Source: Macrostomum lignano (lineage: Eukaryota). From it: a stretch of DNA of 64,000 bases. This document shows positions 1 through 11,694 of the stretch, in pieces. Location of the stretch: positions 282,928-346,927 of the forward strand of contig NIVC01001247.1 in the NCBI GenBank assembly GCA_002269645.1. The letters run 5' to 3'. The translations under genes and the position numbers were made by a program. How positions within the stretch are numbered: the stretch's first letter is position 1; each line of letters begins with the position of its first letter. The notes below the pieces were generated by a model. The model ran no database searches. It saw only the letters and a program-made list of their open reading frames with translations, and was not told the DNA's origin.

Positions 1-2330
1 ACTGAACACAAAAATCATAGACAAATAATTATAAAGGAAACAATAAAACAAGCATTTCTGAGCTTTTGAACCCCGAAGCAATCAGTTAAAATGGATTATA
101 AATTAGTAAACTAAGGGAGTGTATCATTTTAGATGAGTGTACCTGCTAAAATATAAAATTTAAAAAAACAAGGCAAGTAAAATTTTTGAAAATAAAGTAT
201 CCTATTTGAAATTAAAAGTTTATTTATCTATCCATTTCAAATCACTTTCTTCACAGATATAAATAAAAAATTATTTTTTAATCAGATTTTCGTGTCTTTC
301 CCATGCTTAATTCTCGACACATACATTAGTTTGTTTTGAATGAAACCCTATTTAAAATATAACTTTGCAAGCAGCAAAAATTAAAGCATAGTCCAACATA
401 CTGACTATCGAAAAAATTCACCAATATTTAGTTCGGTAAATAGAACCTTTTTGACAAAAAAATCGACTGAACAACAATATTTGAAGTATGAGCGCATCCC
501 TGCTAGTATGCTCGTAGAATGTACTTACCCACAGTTGCACAATTTACAGATACATTGCTCGTTTCGTGACATATTTTTTTCGGATTTTGTAACAACAGAA
601 GAATATGACCCTATGTAGTTCTAGACCGACCAGAAGTTAAAAAAATTAATGCTTAAAAAGCTACATGCTAAGTAACCGTTAAAATCGCACTAAAAACATT
701 GTTATGGTAACTATTTAAAAGTAAAACACAGTATAAGCTAAACTGTTTTATTAAAGGATAGTTTTAGCTAATACAATCTAGCATTATAACCAGAAAAACA
801 ATAAAAACGAAAAATCTTGTCTAGAATTGCTACATCTTTGTTAGCTACTATATTTATTACGATACAACTATTAGCTAAACTGCCGAAGTTCTATTCTCTT
901 TCATACGGTATTATTAAATTGAATATAATGCTAATAAATCTGGTATAAATTACAATTCTTTAACAGCTTTTGATAAGTGAATGCTTTGAAATGCTTTTCC
1001 TGACGATGCACACTTTGAACTGCATGTACGATGCAGTTGACAGTTTTTTGTTCTATTTAAAAAAATTGTCTACTTCTGCTGAACGTCTACCAGCTTATTT
1101 TCCGTTGCGTGCACACCTGGCTCACGCGGCTTGGCGGCAGAATTAAGTATTGCAATCTTCTTTCCGTCGCTTGGGGCGAGAGATGGAATTTTCAGATTTT
1201 TACCTTTCGTGCGCAGTGCTGAGTTTTGCATCTGCCATCAACCGTTTATAATTTCTTCCCAATTTCTTGCCTCTCATTAATTCCCTTTTTCAATCTTCCG
1301 CAGGCCAAACTGGATTATTTAAGATTAGGACGTCCAAATTCTCTCAGAGCCATTTGACGCGTTTTGAAATCTCATCCCCAGTGGGAAATTCTGGTACGCC
1401 CAAGGGTGCGCAGACCGCGGCGCCCGGTGGCCTGTGGCCGGTAGCGGGGCGCACTCTTTGTCCAGTCGGGGCGCCGGCCTTATACCCGGCGCCCGGTGGA
1501 CTGCCCAATAAATTAAGGCAAGAATTGGTTTACTCTACTAACAGTAGTATGCATGGCTTTTACTGATATATTTTGCTCTGGCAGCAGGCTAGCTTTCTGG
1601 TTGTTTCAAAATTGAATTTATTTCCAAATAATTTTCAGAGCTATCTGATTTTTTAAGCAATTGTCTCTTCCATTATAAATTTAAACAACCTTGCTGCTAC
1701 TTGCTTACGAAGTTTGCCTTTTGTGAATTTTTTGCAGTTTTTTAGAAAATTAGTTTAAGTCTATGAATGAAATCGAATAAGAAACTTAAATCTAATGAAA
1801 TTTGAATTTATTTAGCGAAGGTAAATGGAACTGATATTAAAACACAATATTAGAACGAAAAATAGTTGGCAACAAAGGTGTTGAAAGAATGTCAGTTTTA
1901 GAATCATTTTGTGACAGCATTTACTCGTAAAATACGTGCTCTCATAATTAGAAGATTTTAAATTGTCCATCATCCAGCTCTCGCTGATCTTCGGACCAGT
2001 TTGATTTACTTGATTCGGTTTCGTCATCAGATTCGAGAGAGCAGTCAGTGCGGTAGTTTGTTTTCGACTTTGCTGAACGGGGGCGATGGTTGTTCCGCTT
2101 TCGAGGCTGAGAATCCAACTGAATACTCGCTCGCTTTCTGGATTGGGAGCTCGGCTTTGCTGTCGCCGCTGGCGGCACTTCTCCCGCTGATAGTCGCGAT
2201 GGTGTCTGTGACATTGGAAAGAAAACAAAAAATTACTGCATGCACATTTTATCTTACTGACAGTAGTATTTAATGCTTATCAATCATCGTATTCATCGTT
2301 CATTATTCAGTTTAGATACGTTTTTACTCA

Positions 2331-5300
2331 CTAGGGAAAAGAAGATGAATGGCTGTGTCTTTGCACGGCGCTGCCAGAAGCGGGACTTTGAGTCGCTGCC
2401 ACCAGAGACTGTCTTTGCACGGCGCTGCCAGAAGCGGGGCTTGGAGTCGCTGCCACCAGAGACTGTCTTTGCACGGCGCTGCCAGAAGCGGGGCTTGGAG
2501 TCGCTGCCACCAGAGACTGTCTTTGCACGGCGCTGCCAGAAGCGGGGCTTGGAGTCGCTGCCACCAGAGACTGTCTTTGCACGGCGCTGCCAGAAGCGGG
2601 ACTTTGAGTCGCTGCCACCAGAGACTGTCTTTGCACGGCGCTGCCAGAAGCGGGACTTTGAGTCGCTGCCACCAGAGACTGTCTTTGCACGGCGCTGCCA
2701 GAAGCGGGGCTTGGAGTCGCTGCCACCAGAGACTGTCTTTGCACGGCGCTGCCAGAAGCGGGACTTTGAGTCGCTGCCACCAGAGATCGTCTTTGCACAG
2801 CGCTGCCAGAAGCGGGACTTTGAGTCGCTGCACCAGAGATCGTCTTTGCACAGCGCTGCCAGAAGCGGGACTTTGAGTCGCTGCCACCAAAGACCGTCTT
2901 TGCACGGCGCTGCCAGAAGCGGGGCTTGGAGTCGCTGCCACCAGAGACTGTCTTTGTACGGTGCTGTCAGAAGCGGGGCTTTGAGTCTGGACTCCGGAAA
3001 GCAGCTGGCTTCCTGTGCGATGCGACCGCCCCTTTAATCGGTCACCGCCATGCTTTAGCTGCTGTCTGCAAGTATTTCTTACAGATTGTTCAGAGGGCCT
3101 GCCGGCTTCAGCGGTCGCGCCATAGATGAATGTGATTGCTTCTGTTAGGAAAAAAGTTGAAAGTTACTATGAATAGCATGCACTGTGCTCGACTAATTTC
3201 TTGATATTTAGCTCTAAAAGTCTCTTTAGGCCGTATGAATAAACTGAGCAAATGCTCCAACTCAAGCAAATGCTCAGGTCAATAAGAATAAGTTGAGCTT
3301 TTGCTCATGAGCAAATGCTCATGAGTAAATGCTCGTGAGCATTTGCTCCGACTCATGAGAAAATTCTCAGCTGCAGAGCAATTACTCCAGTCAGTAAGAA
3401 TAAAAACATGGCCATAGACAAAAGATCGGAGCAATTGCTCACAAAATGTTGAGACAGCTACCTAGCTGACTCAACTGGCAAGCAACTGCAGTTGAATAGC
3501 GGAATTTATGCCTGAAATCGCTCCTGCAAGGCGCAAGCTCTACCTTGAAAGGCTTTCGTCTGATGTCCTTCGAGATTGCGAGTACCAGCGGCTGTTCAGA
3601 TTCTCCCGCGACAGCGTTGACCTGCTCACGGCAAGCTTCCTTGACAACAGTCAGGAATCACGAGGGGGTGCTCTGTCACCTAAGGTGCGCATGGAAGTTG
3701 CTCTGCGATACCTGGCGAATCCTGGCTTTCAAACCGGCATCGCAAACGAGTTCAACATCCATCAGACAACCGTATCGAAAACTGCTTGGCATGTTGTGCA
3801 ACGAATTTGTGCTCAATCGCAACGATGGATCAAATGGCCGACACAATCTGAGCACCAGCTGCAGGAAGCCAAGCAGAACTGGTTCCAAAAGTTCCGGTAC
3901 CCGTCAGCAATCGGTCCTGTTGATGTCTGCCTTAGCCTTCAGTCTTGCCTTCATATTGGCCGGCTTTTTGTTTATTTTTTTTGAATACGTGCTCTTGCCA
4001 CTAAGCTCCAACTCGTTCTGGATAGATAGCAATGCTGCCTTTTTCTTCTCCGCGATACCAGGCGTCTTTGCTTTGTCAGCAAGACACGGATGGCGTATTA
4101 CGATATTCACAAACTGCTCGTCGCTGGCATCATCAGTATCCATTTCAGATCAGTGCTTGCTAAGCTGTGTTTGCTATGCTGAGCTATGCGGCTATGCAAC
4201 ACTATACTTAGCTTCGATCGTTAGTGAGTGCTGCCGCTTCTCTTGCTGCTGCTGCAGCTCTGCCTGTCTATGGCTTTAAGCAGCCAGGCTGCTGCTCAAG
4301 CGGTTGAGCAATTACTCTGAGTCTGAGTTTTTTGTTTATTCATACTGAATTGTTGCATTTGCTCTGACTCTGAGTATTTACTCAGCCTCGAGAAAATGCT
4401 CCAGCTCAGAGTGCGAGCATTTGCTCAAGAGCATTTGCTGATTTTATTCATACGGCCTAATGAACGTTGATTAAGTAGACTTACTTTGGAAATGGCTGAG
4501 CAGAGTGCTCTGAAATCCAAGCTGCGCATCAGCAAGGTTGGTCGCAACTCCAGCAGCAACAGCTCGGCTTCGCATGTCTGACCCGATTAAATTAATAACC
4601 GCCTGCATCTCTTTCGACAAGCTCTCGTTAAGCATTGCCATTAAAGCATCGGACCACTTGTCTCGCTTGCATGAACGTAGCAGGCTCTTCTGTTTAGATT
4701 TTTACAGGTGAGAATACTTATAGATTGTTATTTCACAGTGATAGTACTAGTGCGCTTTGAGTAGTAGTTAGAGCATTTCTTCTAATGAAAAGAAAATAAA
4801 AAACTCAGTCATGAACTTACCAAAGTAGAAATATGTTCATTTGGATTGGAAGCGAATTGCACATATTTTTCCCAGGAGTTGATCGGCCAGAATGAAGGCT
4901 CAGAATTATCAGTTGGAATGTCAGCGCCAACCGGTTCCAAAAAGCGTAGCACGCTCTGCACTTCAGTGCGCATTGCGGTGATTTGTTTGGTCAAACCATT
5001 TTCTAATGCTTTCAATTCATTCTTGCGCATAGTAAGTTCGCGTAGGGCATATAAGGACAGAAACTTGATGCCTCTTGGACTTTCCAGCTCAAAGCTAACA
5101 CCGGCTTGGATCTGCTCTTCTAGTTTTCTAGGAAAGCCAGAACCAAAATTAAAAGATGAAATGGTGGGAGGCGACTTAGGAATCGTCGATCGATCATCTG
5201 CTACGAACTCAGCTTCTATTTCAGCTTCCGCCTCAGCTTCCACCTCAGCTCCCATCTCAGCTTCCACCTCAGCTTCCGCCTCAGCTTCCGCCTCAGCTCC

Positions 5301-6212
5301 CATCTCAGCTTCCACCTCAGCTTCCACTTCAGCTTCCGCCTCAGCTTCCACTTCAGCTTCCGCCTCATCTTCCACTTCAGCTTCCGCCTCAGCTTCCACC
5401 TCAGCTTCCACCTCAGCTTCCACTTCAGCTTCCGCCTCAGCTTCCATATCGGCGTCTACGCCAGCTTCTGCTTCATCATCACTAATAGGAGGCATTGGCG
5501 CTAACTGTGCAATCGTAGGCGGATGTTGTTTAGGCAGCAAAGCTGGAGGTTGCAAACAGCGGCTGCTCTTATCTTCGAAGATTGCCTCGGAATCGGTGGC
5601 TGAGCCGTCTGACAGATTCTGTTTGGGATGGTTACGGCATGAGAAATTATCAAGTTAATGTCAGTTTTAAAGATTATTCTCACATTTAATTTCTTCCCTT
5701 TTCTTAAAAATTAGTTTAAAAGGTAAAACGGAGAAAACAAAGTTCTCGATAAAAATTATATGGGCTGTGCTTAATTTTACCTTAGTCTGGTAATGCCTTC
5801 GTGCTTTCTTCATGTCACGCTCCTGAAAGACTCTGGGTTGAACCAACTCGAGAATTCGGTTCAGTCGGGTCTTTTTGGCCACCAATTCACGCACAAAGCG
5901 GAAGCTCCCAGGCTCTAGGTTGTTGCTTAGTATTACCTTTAAATTAATGAGAAAATATGAGCGTACAAATATTAGATCGATTCAAGAATTTTAACATTTC
6001 AAATATCGTTGGGATCGGTTGCTTACCTGAATAATTAGAGCAGAGTAAAAACAGCCTTCATACAAGGCTTCACACTTCCACTTCTCAGTGGAGTCCCTCT
6101 TTTCTAACCATTCCTCTTCCTTAAGGTTTTGAAAGCCTTCAGGAAGCTTCAGTTCGCTTTCCGAGACCTCAACAATTTGACGGTCGTCTTTAAAGATCAC
6201 TAAAAACTTCAT
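2331..6212 (-). CDS. Spliced accessory protein of CMC element 1 (DUF4806/BEN-like C-terminal region inferred)
   Basis: GT-AG, phase-consistent exons 6212-6027, 5936-5781, 5618-4821, 4689-4485, 3141-~2331; exons 1, 2 and 4 are the same length (186, 156, 205 nt) as in the homologue of element 2 and translate to aligned peptides ([12 protein letters not shown].., ..[11 protein letters not shown].., ..[16 protein letters not shown].., [16 protein letters not shown]). One-base loss at ~2830 in the repeat shifts the frame; 3' end uncertain (a further exon at ~1948-2205 is possible). Confidence 0.75.
2352..2990. repeat. 54-bp tandem repeat (~11-12 copies) inside last exon of accessory gene
   Basis: Unit GACTGTCTTTGCACGGCGCTGCCAGAAGCGGG(GC/AC)TT(G/T)GAGTCGCTGCCACCAGA; minus-strand coding frame reads SLVAAT(P/Q)[11 protein letters not shown]. 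Confidence 0.95.
3508..3924 (+). pseudogene. Truncated Harbinger (HARBI1-like) transposase, N-terminal HTH part
   Basis: [49 protein letters not shown] matches the Harbinger N-terminus up to the first catalytic Asp (IG.ID); homology stops there. Confidence 0.85.
3904..4143 (-). pseudogene. Truncated Myb/SANT-like DNA-binding partner gene of Harbinger
   Basis: [35 protein letters not shown]...NMKARLKAK resembles Myb_DNA-bind_5/MADF-type domain; convergent orientation typical of two-gene Harbingers. Confidence 0.7.
5215..5450 (-). repeat. Coding low-complexity repeat (AEAEVE)n
   Basis: TCAGCTTCC(G/A)CC units in exon 3 of accessory gene 1. Confidence 0.9.
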
Positions 6213-7284
6213 TGTAGCATGCAGACTAGACTATGCTAGTGCAAAACTGAGTACCAAATAAAGCAAGAGTTTGGAGCTCACACTATAGTTTATGCTTATT
6301 TAATGATTCAGTGGTTTAGGTTGCTTCTAGAAGCAATTGTCTTCTATAGTTCTTCGAATGAAAAAGGCCGCCCTGGCTTTTCCAATTTCATTGGCCCTAC
6401 CGTCCCCGCACCCATACCTGTCCAATCAGCGCGCACAAACCCCCAAAGGAATAGTTTTCAATTCTTCCCAGCTTTTGTTCATATACTTTCTTTAATACGA
6501 AATAAGCAATCGTAGTAATTACTGGACACGCGTGGTACCTGCGGTTTAGGCTACTGGTTTATTCTGGTTTTCTATTATTACTTCTGTTATTATGTACTCT
6601 AATTTGGTAGGTTGCTGCCACCAGACTAATGTCCCTTATAATAATAGTTTTAGATTAAAATAAGTGAGACAAGAGTCGACTTCATGGAAGATTATTGGAA
6701 TAAACAAACAAAAGAAAATGATATTATTGAACCAAATATGCAAAGATTTAAGCACTATTATTACTATGTTATTAGAACCGGTAGACTCCTGGTTCCTTTC
6801 CCTTACTTCTATCTAACTGACTGTACTAATTCCTATTCTCGGTAGACTCCGTTTTGACTAAGCGGTAGACTCCTCTTAGCCTCCCTATTTTACCCCGATC
6901 TTACCTTTTATACTTTCTTATATATATTCTTTTATTTTATAAAGGGGAGACTCCCTTAGTCTGGCTTATTTGAGACTTAGATCTCTTACAAATGTTGTCC
7001 AATGGACGGTCCTGAACAGGATGCTTTTCCCGAGGCCAAACAGCCTTTTACTAATAGAGAAACCCGCTAAGACTCGAATTCCCATAGCTTCAGATATTTT
7101 CCCGAAGGTGAACTACTAATAGTAGCGTAAAAGCAAAACTGCTTATTCTCGAATTCATGCTACTAAAATAATTCATCCCGACGAATGGCAAACGCCTTAG
7201 CAAAACTGCTTGAAACTAAACCCCCTACTACATTACTTTATTACAACAGTCAACTATCATCAAAGTCTGATTCGGACGAAAACA

Positions 7285-9288
7285 ATGACAAGGCAATTGA
7301 GGCGACAAGCAAATAAGGATTTGCTGGGCTTGTTCATGGAAGGAGAACAAGAAGCTTTGGAAGACATCGCACTGCAAGAGAAAAAAAGAAAAGTAGTCGA
7401 AGCAGATGATTCTGGGAGAGTCGCCGGTTTCATCGCTTCGGAGTCCTCTGTAGCAGAAGTCAATGAAGGTACGGATCCAGATCTTGGCAACGACAATGGC
7501 AGCTATCCTGATTTTGACGAGTTCGCGCGAGTTTGCAGCGATGAAGATGAGGAGATTGACAAGAAAGAGGATGACCGCTCTTTAGAAGATAAAATATTCG
7601 CCTTGCTGGTAGTCTACTTTTCTTGTTTCAACCTAAGTCGTGGATCTAAAAAATTCCTTGTTGATGGTCTAAGAGACATAGGCTTGCCTGCGCCGAAGTC
7701 TGTCAACTCTATTGAGGCCGTCATCAATGCTGGCGATCCAACGGAAAAATTGGAGTCCATGGGAAAAGGCCATTTTCGCTACATTTCGATTCTGAAAAAT
7801 CTAGAACTAATGTTTCGCAAAAACCAGCTGCACATGAAGCCAGAATATCTACAACACGATAGTGAAACTGAGAAGGTTTACAAAATTGAAGCCATCGTTA
7901 ATTTTGACGGCTTGCCTTTGTACCGAGCAAGCCACTTCGGTCTTTGGCCCATACTAATGTCTATTCCCAGCGTATTCAGCAGACCTTTTCCAGTAGCCGT
8001 ATGGGCTGGTTGTGGCAAGCCACCTCTGAATGATTATCTTCGACAATTTTGCGACGAGGCTAAACGTTTTCTTACGGGTCCCATAAAAATTATCGAAAAT
8101 TTAAGCATCAGCTTCTCGACTATCCGATTTGTTTGCGATGCGCCTGCTCGAGCCTGGGTCTCAGTAACTCAAGGGCACATGTCGTACGTCGGTTGCATGT
8201 ACTGCAGGGCTACTGGACCTTATACCGACAACAGAGTAACAATTTCAACGAGCGTCGGGGAGTCTCGTAGCAGCCAACAATACCGAGAGGGAAAGGAGTC
8301 TAACCAGGAAAATAAAAAAATCGCTCTATCGCCCCTTTTAAATTTGCCTAACATTAGTTTTGTCGATGCTTTTCCCCCTGACTACCAGCATGCCGTCTGC
8401 CTTGGAGTCACAAGGAAGCTATTTTACCTATTTTTCGACAAATCTAATGGCAAGAAGTGTCTCGTCTATCCCGGTCCGATGAGCCTATTGGGCGACCGAA
8501 TTACTATGGCTGCCGGTTGGACACCTTCAAACTTTCAACGAAGACCCCGGAAAATCGACTTGGAACTAAAGCACATGAAGGCTACTGAATTCAGACAGTA
8601 CTTGCTGTACCTAGGACCTGTCCTCTTCAAAGGCATTTTAAATGAAGAAAGGTATAACCACTTTCTTTACCTCCATTTCGCCATTTACGCATACTCCAAC
8701 GAAAGGTACTCCAAGTGGTGGACGCTGGCAAAAACTTGCATTGAAGTTTTTGTTGAACGGGCTGCCCATCTTTACGGCCAGAAGTTTATAAGTTTCAATC
8801 TTCACACTATTCTTCATTTGGATGAGTTTGTCCGAAAGCTAGGCAGTTTAAACAACTTTTCGACTTTCCCTTTCGAAAACTTTCTTGGATCTGTAAAGCG
8901 CCGCGTAAAGGTGACAAGGCACATGGCAGCGCATTCAGTTAAGCAGGTGCTCAGAGTTCGCGATCTTCTGTTGAATGAGCAGCGCATTCCACCGTTGAAA
9001 TTCAGCACAAAGCGAGGTGATAATTGTTGCATAATCGACAAAGTATGCGTCCTAATCGAAGCTGTAAGTGAAGCTAATCAAGTCACTGGCAGGATTTTAC
9101 ACCCAGTTGACAACATCTACGCCAACCCATATCCATCTTTGCGTCTGGGAATCGGCTTGTACAGGATGACATCTGGTGTTCTAACTGGCACACCTGAGCG
9201 AAAGTGCTGGATTTTGCCTGCGAATCTGCTTGCCAATCTTGCTGGAGCGGACAGGGATCCAGCAAGCCATTTTTTGTCATTCCTCTGA
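7285..9288 (+). CDS. CMC-type DDE transposase (~667 aa), uninterrupted
   Basis: Motifs FDGLPL..S..LWPIL, KP, CDAPAR..GH..Y.GC..C, DYQHAVCLGV, F.RRPR..KATEFR.YLLYLGP, NLHTILHL, FSTFPFEN; first ATG at 7285 aligns with start of the paralogue at 29248. Confidence 0.9.
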   Translation: MTRQLRRQANKDLLGLFMEGEQEALEDIALQEKKRKVVEADDSGRVAGFIASESSVAEVNEGTDPDLGNDNGSYPDFDEFARVCSDEDEEIDKKEDDRSLEDKIFALLVVYFSCFNLSRGSKKFLVDGLRDIGLPAPKSVNSIEAVINAGDPTEKLESMGKGHFRYISILKNLELMFRKNQLHMKPEYLQHDSETEKVYKIEAIVNFDGLPLYRASHFGLWPILMSIPSVFSRPFPVAVWAGCGKPPLNDYLRQFCDEAKRFLTGPIKIIENLSISFSTIRFVCDAPARAWVSVTQGHMSYVGCMYCRATGPYTDNRVTISTSVGESRSSQQYREGKESNQENKKIALSPLLNLPNISFVDAFPPDYQHAVCLGVTRKLFYLFFDKSNGKKCLVYPGPMSLLGDRITMAAGWTPSNFQRRPRKIDLELKHMKATEFRQYLLYLGPVLFKGILNEERYNHFLYLHFAIYAYSNERYSKWWTLAKTCIEVFVERAAHLYGQKFISFNLHTILHLDEFVRKLGSLNNFSTFPFENFLGSVKRRVKVTRHMAAHSVKQVLRVRDLLLNEQRIPPLKFSTKRGDNCCIIDKVCVLIEAVSEANQVTGRILHPVDNIYANPYPSLRLGIGLYRMTSGVLTGTPERKCWILPANLLANLAGADRDPASHFLSFL

Positions 9289-10384
9289 CAGGTGACTCCG
9301 AGGAGGCCTGATGTAGGACGCGTGAGTCTCAAGTGAGTACTAAAAATATCTTTCTCTGTTTTTTTATATCAATCCGATTTCCTTCTATCTCGATTCTCGT
9401 ATTCCCTGTATTCTGCAATTATGCAATTTCTTCCTGAATATGTTCTCAGCTTCAACACGCAGACATGATTGTAGATTGTGAGTTAAATATTAGTATATTA
9501 CGATGCATACTCGATCGCAAACTGCCATTTTATCTTTACTTTTACGATCCGCAGTTTCACGAGTTTACTACAAGCCTGGCGATCGGTCATTCATGAACTG
9601 GAGTTATTTTAGAGACTGATTATATTGCTTCTATCTTTATTGTTTACATTCTTGAACCCTAGAATTAGGTACAGCTTAAAATTCGGTGTTATAGAGGCCG
9701 GACGGGTAATTTAGCTCAAAACTGTGTAGGAGGGGTGGAGGGGCCGGAAACTTAGTGGGAGGTGATGCGGCTGAAATGGGGGATTTATTTTCTTAAACCC
9801 CAGTATATGAAATACTAATGGTATTGTATACAGTATTCCTACCTCCAATTCAAGCCAACAGAATTTTTGTAATATTTTACTTATCCCATTGATAATAATC
9901 AACTAGCTGCACAACTGCAATTTCCATCTGTTACCATCTGGTTTTACTTTTAAGCACATATAAAATGCTATGAATATTTTCTTTCTTTTGCTGGCACCTA
10001 TTTTAGGTCAGATCGAATCAATACTTTCCGTATCAAAGTATTTATGTGTTTATGCTAGGTTGTAACTTATAAAATATATATATATAGTTCAGACCTTGTC
10101 AAGCCTCGCACGAAATTCGTCTTTGTTCTTCCTTTATCTTTGGTGCAATATGGGAATAGAAAAAACTTGATGACCTGCACTGATAAGGAGTCAGGACAGT
10201 TTGTTTGTTTCGCATAGGTTCGCTTAAGCAGGCAAGAACGATACAACGTAGAAATAATTATGCAACTTTGTGCAAGGGTATGCCGCCTACTTACATGTAA
10301 AACTTTGAAATGAGTATTTGTTTACGCCACTATCCAAGGGGGGGGGGCGCGGCCGCGGGAGACCGACAGCGGAGACCGCCACAA

Positions 10385-10475
10385 TTTTCCCGCCAGACAA
10401 TTTGCCCGCCAGACAATTTGCCCGCCAGACAATTTTCCCGCCAGACAATTTGCCCGCCAGACAATTTGCCCGCCG
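10385..10475. repeat. 16-bp tandem repeat x6 bounded by a 14-bp inverted repeat (possible small MITE)
   Basis: CCCGCCAGACAATTT(G/T) x6; GACCGCCACAATTT at ~10374 and AAATTGTGGCGGTC at ~10506; no TSD found. Confidence 0.7.
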
Positions 10476-11694
10476 CCCTATTTCACTTTGAATAGAACGG
10501 CGATCAAATTGTGGCGGTCAAATGTACTCGTAGATGTAGTAGACCCGGCGGCCGCCCCCTTTGCCATGGCTAGACTTGCATATAAGGGGGGGTAAATTTT
10601 GAGCTTACTTTGGCTTTTTAGGCCAAAACAAAAATTTGGGCAAATCTGCCCCCACTACTTTAAAAATCCTGAATTGACCACCAAATCGGACTCATCTAAA
10701 TGAAAACTTAAGAATACAAGCAACATTGTACATGCGCTAGTGCTTAAGTAGTGGAGTATTAAAAAATATATTTTTTGTTGCGTTGATTTCGAAGATCAAA
10801 AGGTATTACTTATAAGTAGGTAGGCTAAAACGCACACTTTTGCGTTCACATCCAATTTCTGAAGTGTATGAAACTCAGAAAAATTTGCACGAGTTGCCTA
10901 TACCCCACTTTGGAGCTTGCAGCATTTTTTTCAAAGAGATGGCTGCTCAAAGGGTTAAAAGTTCAAGTTAGCTGTAGTATGAGGATTGGTCAATGCAAAT
11001 AAATAATGAGCTCATTATACAAGAAAATAATTAATAAGGATATCAATAGTTCGCCCCACTGTCCACTGCACGTACTGAAAGGCGTACTGTCAGGTTTGAG
11101 CACAAAAACACCCGAAACTAAAAAAATCAACTTTAAAAATTCTGCTCTTTACATAATTTCCTCACAAAAATATTTCATACGTACAAAGAAGAAAACCTAC
11201 AAACTTTTATCTTGCGGGATGGGGCGTACCCTTGAGGGCCGCCGTGGCGACGGCCTAGAGGGTACGCCCCAATTTTTCTAACCACTGGGTCTCTCCATCG
11301 CATAAAACTGTTCAAGATTTTCAGTGTATTAGCGCGGAAAATGTGATAAATCATTTTATGAATTCCCGCGCGGATGGAAAGATTTGAGTCAGAAGATTAT
11401 TTTAGCTTCCTGCTTCCTGCATGCTTAATTACCTGTGCAGAGCTAGTGGGGCATTGTACCATTCATTGGCAAGTTGGCGCAACTACATACATGTCTACTA
11501 TACACATGTACGTGCAGTAAATGTAATTACCGTCTGCTAACGTGCGTCGCATTTCCATTGCACGTTATATAATTTGAGTTGCTGTCTCAGGGAAGTGCCA
11601 GCTATAATGGAACCGGGGTAAGTCGTCTTCATGGTGCTGTCTTTATGGTAAGCTGTCTCTACTCATGGGGGTGCTGTCTTTATGGTAAGCTGTC

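Larger units (their letters stand above)
3229..4457. mobile_element. Internally deleted PIF/Harbinger DNA transposon (1.23 kb)
   Basis: 15-bp TIR GGCCGTATGAATAAA / TTTATTCATACGGCC; flanks TTA and TAA (only TA duplicated exactly); many subterminal GAGCA(AA/TT)TGCTC quasi-palindromes at both ends; convergent fragments of Harbinger transposase and Myb-like gene inside. Confidence 0.9.
1377..11289. mobile_element. CMC (EnSpm/CACTA-Mirage-Chapaev) superfamily DNA transposon, copy 1, full length
   Basis: Starts CCCAGTGG (1377) and ends CCACTGGG (11289), flanked both sides by TC (2-bp TSD); subterminal GGTACGCCC motifs near both ends (1397, 11221 inverted, 11260); contains CMC-type transposase and divergent accessory gene. 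Confidence 0.88.

Noticed and set aside
4846-5658. 270-aa plus-strand ORF and similar antisense ORFs at 27570-28254
   Set aside because: Antisense shadows of the Ala/Glu repeats in the accessory genes.
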